Assembly: GCA_037446815.1 (NCBI GenBank)
Contig: JBBIHX010000010.1
Location: 1 to 40,847 of the forward strand
Source: Caldilineae bacterium
GTDB lineage: Bacteria > Chloroflexota > Anaerolineae > DTLA01
Length of the DNA stretch: 40,847 nt
Direction of reading: 5' to 3'
The first letter of the stretch is position 1, and each line of letters opens with the position of its first letter. A model generated the notes under the pieces. The model worked only from the letters and a program-made list of their open reading frames with translations. It was not told where the DNA came from and ran no database searches. This document shows, piece by piece, positions 8,480 to 18,050 of this stretch. The position numbers and the translations under genes are program-made.

Positions 8480-10423
8480 ATGACAGAGTTCAAGACCATA
8501 GATCCCGCAGCGATTGAGATGCTGAAGATCGCCGCGGAAGAGAACATCTCCACCGCATTCAGCCGCGCCGAGGAAGTGAAGCCGTGTCCCATCGGCGAGA
8601 CGGGCGCGTGCTGCAAGATTTGCTTCATGGGCCCCTGCCGCCTCGTGGGCAAGACGACGCGGGGCGTGTGCGGGGCCGACGTGCATACCGTGGCCGCCCG
8701 CAACTTTGCGCGCATGGTGGCCGGCGGCGCTTCGGCCCACTCGGATCACGGCCGGGACCTGGCGATGACCCTGCTGCACGTTGCGAAGGGCGAAGGGCAA
8801 GGGTACCGCATCCGCGACGTTGCCAAACTCCATGCCGTGGCCCGGTATATGGGCATCCCGACGGACGGGCGCAGCACAGAGGAGATCGCCCTGGACGTGG
8901 CTACCGAGGCGCTGGCCAACTTCGGGCGACAGACGGGACAGGTTACCTACGTAACTCGCGCCACAAAGAAGCGGCAGGAGACGTGGAAGAAACTGGGCAT
9001 TGTGCCGCGCGGCGTGGATCGCGAGGTCGTGGAGACGCTGCACCGCACCCATGAGGGCGTGGACCTGGACCCGGAGAACATCCTGCGCCATGCGCTGCGC
9101 ACGTCGCTGGCCGATGGGTGGGGCGGGTCCATGCTGGCCACGGACATCAGCGATATCCTGTTCGGCACGCCTGCGCCCATCAGCACCGAGATCAACCTGG
9201 GCGTGCTGAAAGACGACCAGGTCAACATCATTGTGCACGGCCATGAGCCGACCCTGTCGGAGATGATCGTGGCGGCGGCCCAGGATCCGGAACTGATTGC
9301 CTACGCAAAGACGAAGGGCGCGAAAGGCATCAACCTGGCGGGCATCTGCTGCACCGGTAATGAGATTCTCATGCGCCACGGCATCTCGCCGGCGGGCAAC
9401 TTCCTGCACCAGGAACTGGCCATCATCACCGGCGCGGTAGAGGCCATGATCGTGGACGTGCAGTGCATCATGCAGGCGCTGGCGTCGCTGGCCGAGAACT
9501 ACCACACGAAACTCATCACGACCTCGCCCAAGGCGAAGATTCCAGGCGCCACCCATATTGAGTTTGACGAGCGCCGCGCGCTGGATTCGGCGAAGGCCAT
9601 CGTCCGCACGGCCATTGACAACTACCCGAATCGCGGCAAGACGCGCATTCCGCCCATCAAGAACCGACTGGTGGCGGGATTCTCCCACGAGTATCTCAAC
9701 TACATGCAGGGCGGCGTGTACCGCGGCTCGTTCCGCCCGCTGAACGACGCTATCGTGCAGGGACGAATCCGCGGCGCGGCGGGCGTGGTGGGGTGCAACA
9801 ATGCGCGCGTCCCGCAGGATGAGGGCATCTACAACCTCGTGAAGGAGTTTGTCGCCAACGATGTGCTGGTGGTGGTAACGGGGTGCGCGGCGACGGGTTC
9901 GGCGAAGTACGGGCTGCTGTCTCCCGAAATCTGGGCGGCCACCGGCAAGGGGCTGCGCGAGGTGTGCGAGGCGGTGGGTGTGCCGCCGGTGCTGCACCTC
10001 GGGTCGTGCGTGGACAACTCGCGCATCCTGACGGTGCTCACCCAGATGGCCACCGAGGGCGGCTTGGGCGAGGACATTGACGACTTGCCGGCGGTGGGTA
10101 TCTGCCCCGAGTACATGTGCGAAAAGGCCATCGCCATTGGGACCTACTTCGTGGCGTCGGGGGCCTACGTGCTGTTCGGCGTGCATTCGCCCGTCTCCGC
10201 CAGCGATGTAGTTACTCGCCTGATGACCGAGGGCTGGGAGTCGCAGGTGGGCGGCAAACTGGAGTTTGAGCCCGACTGGCGCAAGATTCTGGAGAAGTCG
10301 CTGGCCCACATTGACAAGAAGCGCGAGAAGCTGGGCCTTGTCCCGTGGGATCCGAATCGGTTCGGCAAGAGCGGTGATGCGGTCATGATGGAGTACATCA
10401 AGACCGTGGCCGCTTCCAAGTAG
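8480..10423 (+). CDS. cooS: Anaerobic Ni,Fe-CO dehydrogenase catalytic subunit (AcsA)
   Basis: D/B-cluster CPIGETGACCKICFMGPC..GVCG; C-cluster ligands in HGHEP, GICCTGNE, DVQCI, GCNN, TGC, GSCVD; CEKA lysine. Confidence 0.97.
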   Translation: MTEFKTIDPAAIEMLKIAAEENISTAFSRAEEVKPCPIGETGACCKICFMGPCRLVGKTTRGVCGADVHTVAARNFARMVAGGASAHSDHGRDLAMTLLHVAKGEGQGYRIRDVAKLHAVARYMGIPTDGRSTEEIALDVATEALANFGRQTGQVTYVTRATKKRQETWKKLGIVPRGVDREVVETLHRTHEGVDLDPENILRHALRTSLADGWGGSMLATDISDILFGTPAPISTEINLGVLKDDQVNIIVHGHEPTLSEMIVAAAQDPELIAYAKTKGAKGINLAGICCTGNEILMRHGISPAGNFLHQELAIITGAVEAMIVDVQCIMQALASLAENYHTKLITTSPKAKIPGATHIEFDERRALDSAKAIVRTAIDNYPNRGKTRIPPIKNRLVAGFSHEYLNYMQGGVYRGSFRPLNDAIVQGRIRGAAGVVGCNNARVPQDEGIYNLVKEFVANDVLVVVTGCAATGSAKYGLLSPEIWAATGKGLREVCEAVGVPPVLHLGSCVDNSRILTVLTQMATEGGLGEDIDDLPAVGICPEYMCEKAIAIGTYFVASGAYVLFGVHSPVSASDVVTRLMTEGWESQVGGKLEFEPDWRKILEKSLAHIDKKREKLGLVPWDPNRFGKSGDAVMMEYIKTVAASK

Positions 10424-10456
10424 CAACCGACACCTGCACCTTCAAGGAGGGAACGC

Positions 10457-12742
10457 ATGTCCAGATACATAGCCACACGAGCCATCCGCGGGGCCACGGC
10501 GCTGGTCTATGAAGCGGAGCAGATGCTCAACAAGGCCCTCAAGGAACTCGGGCCGGATACGCCGGTGCAGTTCACGAATACGGCCTACTACCTGCCCGTG
10601 ATTCTGGGCCTCACCGGCATTGAGGTTGCCAAACTTGGGGATATGCCCAAGGTCCTGGAGCGGGCCAAGGCGCTGCTGCATCCCATCCCGAAGGACCAGG
10701 TCTGGCTGCCCTACCTGGGCGAGACGCTGGACTCCGGCATCGCTACGTTGTTCGCCGCCGAACTGATAGAGGGGATTCGCTTTGCCTATGGCGAGCAGCC
10801 CGAGAAGATCACGTGGGGCGGCAAGATCGGCAAAGGCGGCAGTTTCACGTCGCCGGAGTTTGAGGGCGAGGGGAACGGCGGGACGCTCAACGGCCCCATT
10901 GACGACATCCAACTGCGGGCGTGGGGCATCCAGTTGGTGGACGGCCGCATGCCTGGCTTCGCGGCCATCGTAGGCTGCGCGAAGTCCAACGAGGTGGCGG
11001 TGGAAATCGTCCGCCAGTTGCAGCAGCGCAACATCCTCGTGTTCCTCAGCGGCAACGTGAACGGGCGCAGCATCATCCATCAGTTGATGGAAGAGGGCGT
11101 GGAACTGGGCTACGACACGTACACCGTGCCTTTTGGCACCGACACCATTTCGGCCATCTACGCGCTGGGGTTTGCGGCCCGCTCGGCGCTCACCTTCGGC
11201 GGCATGAAGGGCGGAATGGCGCGGGATATCCTGCTGTACAACAAGTACCGCGTGTTCGCCTTCGTGCTGGCGCTGGGCGAGGTGGACGATTTGAAGTACG
11301 CGGCGGCGGCGGGAGCCATCAACTACGGCTTCCCCGTTATCGCCGATACGGTTATCCCGCAGATTCTGCCCACGGGCATCACGTCCTACGAGCATGTCAT
11401 TTCCATGCCGTTTGACGACATCCCAGGCGAGAACGACCTGGAGCGCGCCAAGCGCCTGGTGCAGCGGTGCATTGAAGTCCGCGGCGTGAAGATCAAGGTT
11501 ACCGAGGTGCCCATTCCGGTGCCCTACGGGTCGGCCTTTGAGGGCGAGCGCGTCCGCCGCGAAGACATGCGCATTGAGTTTGGCGGCAAGAAGACCCGCT
11601 GCTTTGAGTACCTGCGCATGGCGGACTTTGACGCGGTGGAGGATGGCAAGGTAACCATCGTCGGGCCGGGCTTTGAGGATGTGCCCGTTGGCGGCGCGAT
11701 GGATATGGGCATCGTGGTGGAAGTGGCGGGCCGCAAGATGCAGGAGGACTTTGAGCCGGTGCTGGAGCGGCAGATTCACTACTTCATCAACGGCGCGTCG
11801 GGCATCCAGCACATCGGCCAGCGCGACATCGCGTGGATTCGCATCAGCAAAGCGGCCGCCGACAAGGGGTTCAACCTGGAGCACTTTGGCAAGATTCTCA
11901 TCGCCCGCTTCCACGCCGACTTCGGCGCCATCGTTGACAAGATTCAGGTTACCATCTACACCGACCCGAAGAAGATGGAGGAATGGCTGGCGAAGGCGCG
12001 CGAGGCGTACAACTACCGCAACCAGCGCCTGGCCGACATGACCGACGAGTCGGTGGAGGAGTTCTACTCCTGCACTCTGTGCCAGAGTTTCGCGCCGAAC
12101 CACGTGTGCGTGGTCTCGCCCGAACGCCTGGGGCTGTGCGGGGCGTACAACTGGCTGGACTGCAAGGCGTCGTACCAGATCAACCCCACCGGCCCCAACC
12201 AGCCGATTCCCAAGGGCAAGTGCTTGGATCCGGTCAAGGGCTACTTTGACAAGGTGAACGAGTTCGTCCAGGGGGCTTCCCACGGCACCGTCCAGGAGGT
12301 CTCCATGTACTCCATCATGGAGAACCCCATGACGGCGTGCGGGTGCTTTGAGGCCATCATGATGGTGATTCCCGAAGCGAACGGGTTCATGGTGGTGTCG
12401 CGCGAGGATCCAAGCATGACGCCGGCGGGCATGACCTTCTCCACGCTGGCGGGCGTCGCGGGCGGTGGCCTGCAGACGCCGGGCGTCATGGGCGTAGGCA
12501 AGTACTTCCTGGTTAGCCGCAAGTTCATCGCGGCCGACGGCGGGCTGAAGCGCATTGTCTGGATGTCCTCCATCCTGAAGGAGACCATGGCGGAGGAACT
12601 GAAGGCGGCCGCAGCGCGTGAGGGCGATCCCGACTTGCTGGAAAAGATCGCCGACGAGCGCGTCGCTACGACCGTGGACGAATTGCTGCCGTACCTTGAG
12701 GAGAAGGGGCACCCGGCGCTGACCATGCCGCCGTTGTTCTAG
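10457..12742 (+). CDS. acsB: Acetyl-CoA synthase, bacterial type with N-terminal domain
   Basis: NTAYYLP, YSCTLCQSFAPNHVC..PERLGLCG, PMTACGCFE, TFSTLAG..GGG.QTPG. Confidence 0.97.
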   Translation: MSRYIATRAIRGATALVYEAEQMLNKALKELGPDTPVQFTNTAYYLPVILGLTGIEVAKLGDMPKVLERAKALLHPIPKDQVWLPYLGETLDSGIATLFAAELIEGIRFAYGEQPEKITWGGKIGKGGSFTSPEFEGEGNGGTLNGPIDDIQLRAWGIQLVDGRMPGFAAIVGCAKSNEVAVEIVRQLQQRNILVFLSGNVNGRSIIHQLMEEGVELGYDTYTVPFGTDTISAIYALGFAARSALTFGGMKGGMARDILLYNKYRVFAFVLALGEVDDLKYAAAAGAINYGFPVIADTVIPQILPTGITSYEHVISMPFDDIPGENDLERAKRLVQRCIEVRGVKIKVTEVPIPVPYGSAFEGERVRREDMRIEFGGKKTRCFEYLRMADFDAVEDGKVTIVGPGFEDVPVGGAMDMGIVVEVAGRKMQEDFEPVLERQIHYFINGASGIQHIGQRDIAWIRISKAAADKGFNLEHFGKILIARFHADFGAIVDKIQVTIYTDPKKMEEWLAKAREAYNYRNQRLADMTDESVEEFYSCTLCQSFAPNHVCVVSPERLGLCGAYNWLDCKASYQINPTGPNQPIPKGKCLDPVKGYFDKVNEFVQGASHGTVQEVSMYSIMENPMTACGCFEAIMMVIPEANGFMVVSREDPSMTPAGMTFSTLAGVAGGGLQTPGVMGVGKYFLVSRKFIAADGGLKRIVWMSSILKETMAEELKAAAAREGDPDLLEKIADERVATTVDELLPYLEEKGHPALTMPPLF

Positions 12743-12749
12743 CAACAGA

Positions 12750-12805
12750 AGCGGTCAGCCATCGGCGATTGGCGAACAGTGTAGCGTCGCTGATGGCTGA
12801 CCGCT
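12750..12805. repeat. 20-bp intercistronic hairpin after acsB
   Basis: AGCGGTCAGCCATC (12750-12763) / GATGGCTGACCGCT (12792-12805) is perfect and extends by 6 bp with G-U pairs. Confidence 0.7.
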
Positions 12806-12928
12806 CCAATCGGCGTGTCGCGGAAGACCGCCTCGCGCCAGGCCTGGGTTGCGTCGCGCTTGACGGACGGCGTGTCCCAGGCTATCCTTATGCAGCCCGA
12901 AGACAATCTGCCACGGAGGAGGCGGAAG

Positions 12929-13342
12929 TTGCCCGATGTGCGTTACGTTCGCGATGTGATGCGCCGGGGTGTTACCACGTGCGCCCCGGATACGCCGCTG
13001 ACGGCGGTCGCAGCCCTGATGACCCGCGACCGGGCCAGCGCGGTCGCCGTCGTCAACCCCGATGGCGAACTCATCGGCATCATCTCGCGCACAGACCTGG
13101 TTCGGGCATACCTCAAGCCCTTTGAGAATCTGCGCGCCGAAGATGTGATGACCACTCGGGTCGCTACCATCATCCCGGACATTCCGGTCCGGGCCGCCGT
13201 GCAGATTATGCTGGATCGCGGCGTGCACCAGTTGATTATTCTCCACGCCCGGCCTGCCCCTCAGCGCCCCGTGGGGATTCTCACCATGGATGACATTGTC
13301 AAGGATATGGCCAATCTGCCAGACTCAGAGAAAGGAGAGTAG
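12929..13342 (+). CDS. Stand-alone CBS-pair (Bateman) protein
   Basis: VRDVM..GV.T..PDT.L..V..LM....AVAVV..GELIGIISRTDL and AEDVMT..V.TI.PD..V..A...ML...VHQL..VGILT.DDI. TTG start after GGAGGAGG; an upstream ATG is possible. Confidence 0.85.
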   Translation: MPDVRYVRDVMRRGVTTCAPDTPLTAVAALMTRDRASAVAVVNPDGELIGIISRTDLVRAYLKPFENLRAEDVMTTRVATIIPDIPVRAAVQIMLDRGVHQLIILHARPAPQRPVGILTMDDIVKDMANLPDSEKGE

Positions 13343-13347
13343 AATCC

Positions 13348-14316
13348 ATGCCAGTTAGCGTAGAGATTCCGTTGGAGAAATGGACCGGCAAGGTCCGAGA
13401 GGTAACCCTCGGAGCCACACGCGAACAGAAAGGAACCCGTTCCAAGACCGTAACGGTGGGGGGCGAGACCACTCTCCCCTTCCTCCATTTTGAGGGGAGT
13501 ATTCCCCACCCGCCGGCCATTGCCATTGAGATTCAGGACTCTTATCCCGGCGATTGGTCTCCCGTTCTGCTGAACGCCTGGGGCGATGTGCTCAAGGATC
13601 CGGCGGAGTGGGCCAAGAAGGCGGAGGCTTTGGGCGCAGACCTCATCATGCTCCGGTTGCGCGGAGTCAGCGGCGACGGGAGCGAGACCACGGGTGCGCA
13701 GGCGGCTGCCGTGGCGAAGGCTGTGCTCCAGGCGACCGGGCTGCCGCTGATTGTGCGCGGACCGGGCCAGGCGGAGAAGGACAACGAACTGCTGGTGGCC
13801 GTGGCCGAGGCGGCGTCGGGCGAGCGGCTTGCTCTGGGCCTGTGCGAGGACAAGAACTACCGCACCATCGTGGCGGCGGCGCTGGCTCATGGGCATCTTG
13901 TGATTGCCTCCACTCCCATTGATGTCAACCTGGCCAAGCAGTTGAATATCCTGATTAGCGACATGCAGATGGAACCCGACCGCATTCTGATGGACCCCAC
14001 GACCGGTGCGCTGGGCTACGGTCTGGAATACACGTACTCGGTCATGGAGCGCCTGCGCATCGCGGCCCTCACCGGCGATAGCATGACGCAGATGCCAATG
14101 ATTTGCTTCGCGGGCGAGGAATCCTGGCGGCAGAAGGAGTCCAAGGTGGGCGAAGGCGTTCCCGCGGCCTGGGGCGACTGGACGCGGCGCGGCGTTCTGT
14201 GGGAAGCGGTAACGGCGACTGCGTTGCTGGAAGCTGGCGCCGATATCGTCTCTCTGCGCCATCCCGATACGGTTCCTATCGTGCGCAAGGCCATTGAGCA
14301 ATTGATGGCTCACTAG
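13348..14316 (+). CDS. acsD: Corrinoid Fe-S protein small subunit
   Basis: VTVGGETTLPF..FEG, DVNLAKQLN, MDPTTGALGYGLEYTYSVMERLR.AAL.GD, WE..TA..LL.AGADI..LRHP. Confidence 0.95.
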   Translation: MPVSVEIPLEKWTGKVREVTLGATREQKGTRSKTVTVGGETTLPFLHFEGSIPHPPAIAIEIQDSYPGDWSPVLLNAWGDVLKDPAEWAKKAEALGADLIMLRLRGVSGDGSETTGAQAAAVAKAVLQATGLPLIVRGPGQAEKDNELLVAVAEAASGERLALGLCEDKNYRTIVAAALAHGHLVIASTPIDVNLAKQLNILISDMQMEPDRILMDPTTGALGYGLEYTYSVMERLRIAALTGDSMTQMPMICFAGEESWRQKESKVGEGVPAAWGDWTRRGVLWEAVTATALLEAGADIVSLRHPDTVPIVRKAIEQLMAH

Positions 14317-14333
14317 ATGCAGCGAGGTTAGGC

Positions 14334-14549
14334 ATGTTTGGGCAGGTGCAGTGGCCTACGGCAGTGGTGGGGCTGATTCTGCTGGTCATCAGCGTCCTCA
14401 GCGCGTTCCGCCCGAATCTTGTGTGGGGCGATCCGACGCCGCTGCGTCTGCCGCCGGAGAGACTCTACCGCCTGTACCGTCGCCGGCAGATTGGGACCGT
14501 GGTTTTCTTCATCGCCGGCGCGGCCTTGCTGATTCTCAGCGCCAAGTAG
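14334..14549 (+). CDS. 71-aa two-TM membrane protein of unknown function
   Basis: GAGG RBS; fills the acsD-acsC gap; two hydrophobic helices separated by an Arg-rich loop. Confidence 0.7.
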   Translation: MFGQVQWPTAVVGLILLVISVLSAFRPNLVWGDPTPLRLPPERLYRLYRRRQIGTVVFFIAGAALLILSAK

Positions 14550-14579
14550 TCATGAACGTTCATATACGAGGAGGACAAG

Positions 14580-15929
14580 ATGCCACTGAGCGGACTTGAA
14601 ATCTACAAACTGCTCCCGAAAACCAACTGCAAGGAATGCGGGTTCCCGACCTGCCTCGCTTTTGGGATGAAACTCGCGGCCAAACAAGCCGAGTTGTCGG
14701 CCTGCCCTTACGTGTCGGAGGAGGCCAAGCAGGCCCTGGAGGCCGCCTCGGCTCCGCCCATCCGACTGGTAACGGTGGGCGGCTCGGACCATAAGGTGGA
14801 AGTGGGCAACGAAACCGTTCTCTTCCGCCACGAGAAGACGTTCTTCCACCAGCCGGGCGTGTTCGTGCGCGTGCCGGACAACCTGCCCGCCGCCGAACTG
14901 GAGGCCAAGGTGGCCGAAATCGTGGCGTTCAAGACCGAGCGCGTGGGCATGGACCTGTTCGTGGACGGCATCGCGGTGCAGAACGTGTCGGGCAACGCGG
15001 AGACGTTTGCCCAGGCAGTGGCCACAGTCCGCGGCAAGACCAAACGGCCCATGATTCTGCTGTCCGATAACCCTGCGGCCATCGCTGCGGGCCTGGCGAA
15101 GGAAGGCGGGCTGTCGCCTCTGGTAGGCCCGGCCACGGCGGGGAACTGGCAGGAGATGGCCAAGGCCGCCAAGGCTGCCAACGCCTCCATCCTCGTGCGA
15201 GCAGATGGAGACCTGGGCGCGCTGGCCGAGTTGGCCGAGAACGTGAAGGGCGCCGGCGTGGAGAACATCGTGCTGGATCCCGGGGCGAGGACGCTGGGCG
15301 GCAACCTGGCGCTGTTCACCCAGTTGCGCCGCCTCGCGCTGAAGAAGAACTTCCGGCCCCTGGGCTATCCCCTGGCGGCGTTCCCGGGGGACGGCGCCGG
15401 TTCGTTTGAGGAGGAGGTTGTGGCGGCAGCGCAGGCGATCGCCAAGTACGGCGGCATCGTCGTTCTGGACCACTTTGACCCCGCCGCCATGTATATTCTG
15501 CTGACGCTGCGCCTGAACATCTTCACCGACCCGCAGAAGCCCATCCAGGTGAGCCCGGGCGTGTACGAGTTCAACGCGCCGAAGCCGGAATCGCCGCTGC
15601 TGGTTACCACGAACTTCTCGCTGACGTACTTCAGCGTGGCGGGCGAGGTGGAGGCCAGCGGGCTGCCGGCGTGGGTGCTCATCACCGATGCCGAGGGGAT
15701 GTCGGTCCTGACGGCATGGGCGGCGGGCAAGTTTGACGCCGAGCGCATCGCGAAAGCCGTGAAGGCCTTCGGCGTGCCCGACAAGATCAACCACAAGAAG
15801 ATTGTCATCCCCGGCCTGGTGGCCACCATTTCGGGCGAGTTGGAAGAAGAACTGCCCGGGTGGGATGTGCGCGTGGGGCCGCGTGAAGCCGTGGACATCC
15901 CGTCCTACCTGAAGAACGTGTGGAAGTAG
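14580..15929 (+). CDS. acsC: Corrinoid Fe-S protein large subunit
   Basis: IYKLLPKTNCKECGFPTCLAF..CP, GNETVLFRHEKTF, NIFTDPQKP, TTNFSLTYF, SVLTAWAAGKF, VGPREA. Confidence 0.97.
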   Translation: MPLSGLEIYKLLPKTNCKECGFPTCLAFGMKLAAKQAELSACPYVSEEAKQALEAASAPPIRLVTVGGSDHKVEVGNETVLFRHEKTFFHQPGVFVRVPDNLPAAELEAKVAEIVAFKTERVGMDLFVDGIAVQNVSGNAETFAQAVATVRGKTKRPMILLSDNPAAIAAGLAKEGGLSPLVGPATAGNWQEMAKAAKAANASILVRADGDLGALAELAENVKGAGVENIVLDPGARTLGGNLALFTQLRRLALKKNFRPLGYPLAAFPGDGAGSFEEEVVAAAQAIAKYGGIVVLDHFDPAAMYILLTLRLNIFTDPQKPIQVSPGVYEFNAPKPESPLLVTTNFSLTYFSVAGEVEASGLPAWVLITDAEGMSVLTAWAAGKFDAERIAKAVKAFGVPDKINHKKIVIPGLVATISGELEEELPGWDVRVGPREAVDIPSYLKNVWK

Positions 15930-15936
15930 CAACCTT

Positions 15937-15978
15937 GCAGGGGCGGACTCGCGCCGGTAGTGTCGGGTTCGCCCCTGC
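15937..15978. repeat. GTAG-type REP-like hairpin between acsC and acsV
   Basis: GCAGGGGCGGACTCG / CGGGTTCGCCCCTGC, 15-bp stem with G-U pairs. Confidence 0.6.
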
Positions 15979-15993
15979 CTGTGGGAATCCGCC

Positions 15994-17949
15994 ATGTCCG
16001 AGACCACGTATACCATAACTTTCCAACCGTCGGGCATCGTCGCCACGGCGCGCCCGGGCGAGATCTTGTCGGATGTTGCCATCGGTGCGGGCGTCCCCAT
16101 CAGCCTGCCCTGCGGGGGACAGGGCCGCTGCGGGCGGTGCAAGGTCGTGATTACGCAGGGGCAGGTGGAACGCAAGGCGACGGGGCGGCTGTCGGCCACG
16201 GAACTGGAGCAGGGCTACGCGCTGGCCTGCCAGACGCGGGTCATGGGCGATCTGCAGGTGTTCGTCCCGCCGATTGAGGAGATCATCGTTCACAGGCTTC
16301 CCACAGAGCGGGGGGCCGAGCGGGCATACGAACTGCCGGCTGCGTGCGATTGGGCCGCCAAGCCGACGGTTCGCAAGGTGCATCTGCAGATTGAGCCGCC
16401 AAGCCTGCTGGACAACACGACGGATTTTGAGCGCGTGTCCCGCGAGTTGGCGCGCCAGCACAACATCCGCAACCTGACCGTGGCGCTGCCCACGCTGCGC
16501 AAACTGGCGCGGGCGCTGCGCTCGGCGAACTGGGACGTTACGCTGACGCTGGAGATGGGCACGTGGACGAATCCCGACGGCCCACCGCGGCTGTTGGACG
16601 TGGCCCCCGGCGACCAGACGCAGACCCTGTACGGCATCGCCGTGGACATCGGCACTACGTCCAATGTGGTGTACCTGGTGGACATGGTGGCGGGGCGGGT
16701 GGTGGACACTGCCTCGGCCTACAACCTGCAAATCTCCTGCGGCGAGGACGTCATCTCGCGCATCATCTACGCCAAGAAGCCCGGCGGCTTGGAACATCTG
16801 CAGCGGCTTGTGGTGCAGACGATCAACGGCCTGATTGAGGAACTGTGCACGCGGAACAACATCGCCGCCACGGAAATCCACAAGATGACGGTGGCCGGCA
16901 ACACCACAATGACCCACCTGTTCCTGGGGCTGGACCCCGAGGCGATTCGCCTGGAACCCTACATCCCCACCATTACCCACCCGTCCCCCGTGCGGGCGCA
17001 CGAATTGGGCATCCACATCAACCCGGATGCTACCGTGGACTGCCTGCCCGGGGTGGGGGCCTACGTGGGGGGCGACATCACGGCGGGCGTGCTGAGTTCC
17101 AAACTGTACACCACCGACAAACTCAGCCTGTTCATAGATGTAGGCACGAATGGCGAGATCGTGCTGGGCAATTCGGACTGGCTGATTTCGTGCGCGTGCT
17201 CGGCGGGGCCAGCGTTTGAGGGGGCTGGGGTGCAATCGGGCATGCGGGCAACCGTCGGCGCGATAGAAGAGGTGTGGATTAGCGCCAAGACGTATGAGCC
17301 GACCTATCGCACCATCGGCGATGCGCCGCCCGAAGGCATCTGCGGCTCGGGCATGATTTCGCTGCTGGCCGAGATGTTCATCTCGGGCGTGATGGACAAG
17401 GCGGGCAAGTTGAACCAGACGCTGGACACGCCGCGCATCCGTGTGGGCGAGCACGGGCCGGAGTACGTGGTGGCCTGGGCGAAGGAGACGCGCACGAAGA
17501 AGAACGACATCGTGATTACCGAGGTGGACATCGCCAACCTCATCCGCGCCAAGGCCGCCATCTACGCGGGGTTCTCGGTGCTGACGCGCAGCGTGGGCAT
17601 TGAACTGGCCGACGTGGAGCAGGTGCTCATCGGCGGGGCTTTTGGCAAGTACATTGACGTAGAGAAGGCGATTCAAATCGGGCTTCTGCCGGATATGCCG
17701 TGGGATCGGTTCCACTACCTGGGCAATACCTCGGCCCTCGGCGCGTATGCGGCGCTGTTGTGCGCCGACATGCGCCAGGCGGTCGTGGAAATTGCCAACA
17801 AGATGACCTACCTGGAATTGAGCGCGGACAACACTTTCATGGATCAGTTCACGTCGGCCCTGTTCCTGCCGCACACGGATACGGCCGCTTTTCCTTCGGT
17901 GATGCGCCTGCTGCAAAGTGTGGGCCAGCGGACGAAGGAGGGCGCCTGA
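15994..17949 (+). CDS. acsV: Reductive activator of corrinoid protein (RACo; [2Fe-2S] plus ASKHA ATPase)
   Basis: CGGQGRCGRC..LACQ, AVDIGTT, GEDVISRI, AGNTTM, DVGTNGE, CSAGPAFEG, GICGSG, LFLPHTD. Confidence 0.95.
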   Translation: MSETTYTITFQPSGIVATARPGEILSDVAIGAGVPISLPCGGQGRCGRCKVVITQGQVERKATGRLSATELEQGYALACQTRVMGDLQVFVPPIEEIIVHRLPTERGAERAYELPAACDWAAKPTVRKVHLQIEPPSLLDNTTDFERVSRELARQHNIRNLTVALPTLRKLARALRSANWDVTLTLEMGTWTNPDGPPRLLDVAPGDQTQTLYGIAVDIGTTSNVVYLVDMVAGRVVDTASAYNLQISCGEDVISRIIYAKKPGGLEHLQRLVVQTINGLIEELCTRNNIAATEIHKMTVAGNTTMTHLFLGLDPEAIRLEPYIPTITHPSPVRAHELGIHINPDATVDCLPGVGAYVGGDITAGVLSSKLYTTDKLSLFIDVGTNGEIVLGNSDWLISCACSAGPAFEGAGVQSGMRATVGAIEEVWISAKTYEPTYRTIGDAPPEGICGSGMISLLAEMFISGVMDKAGKLNQTLDTPRIRVGEHGPEYVVAWAKETRTKKNDIVITEVDIANLIRAKAAIYAGFSVLTRSVGIELADVEQVLIGGAFGKYIDVEKAIQIGLLPDMPWDRFHYLGNTSALGAYAALLCADMRQAVVEIANKMTYLELSADNTFMDQFTSALFLPHTDTAAFPSVMRLLQSVGQRTKEGA

Positions 17950-18050
17950 ACCGCGCCTGCACACGGACGGGCTGACTGGCACGAGTCTCGGTTGCCGACG
18001 GTTTTCTCACAATCGCGCGGACGCGCACAAGAATACGAGGAGGTGCACAG

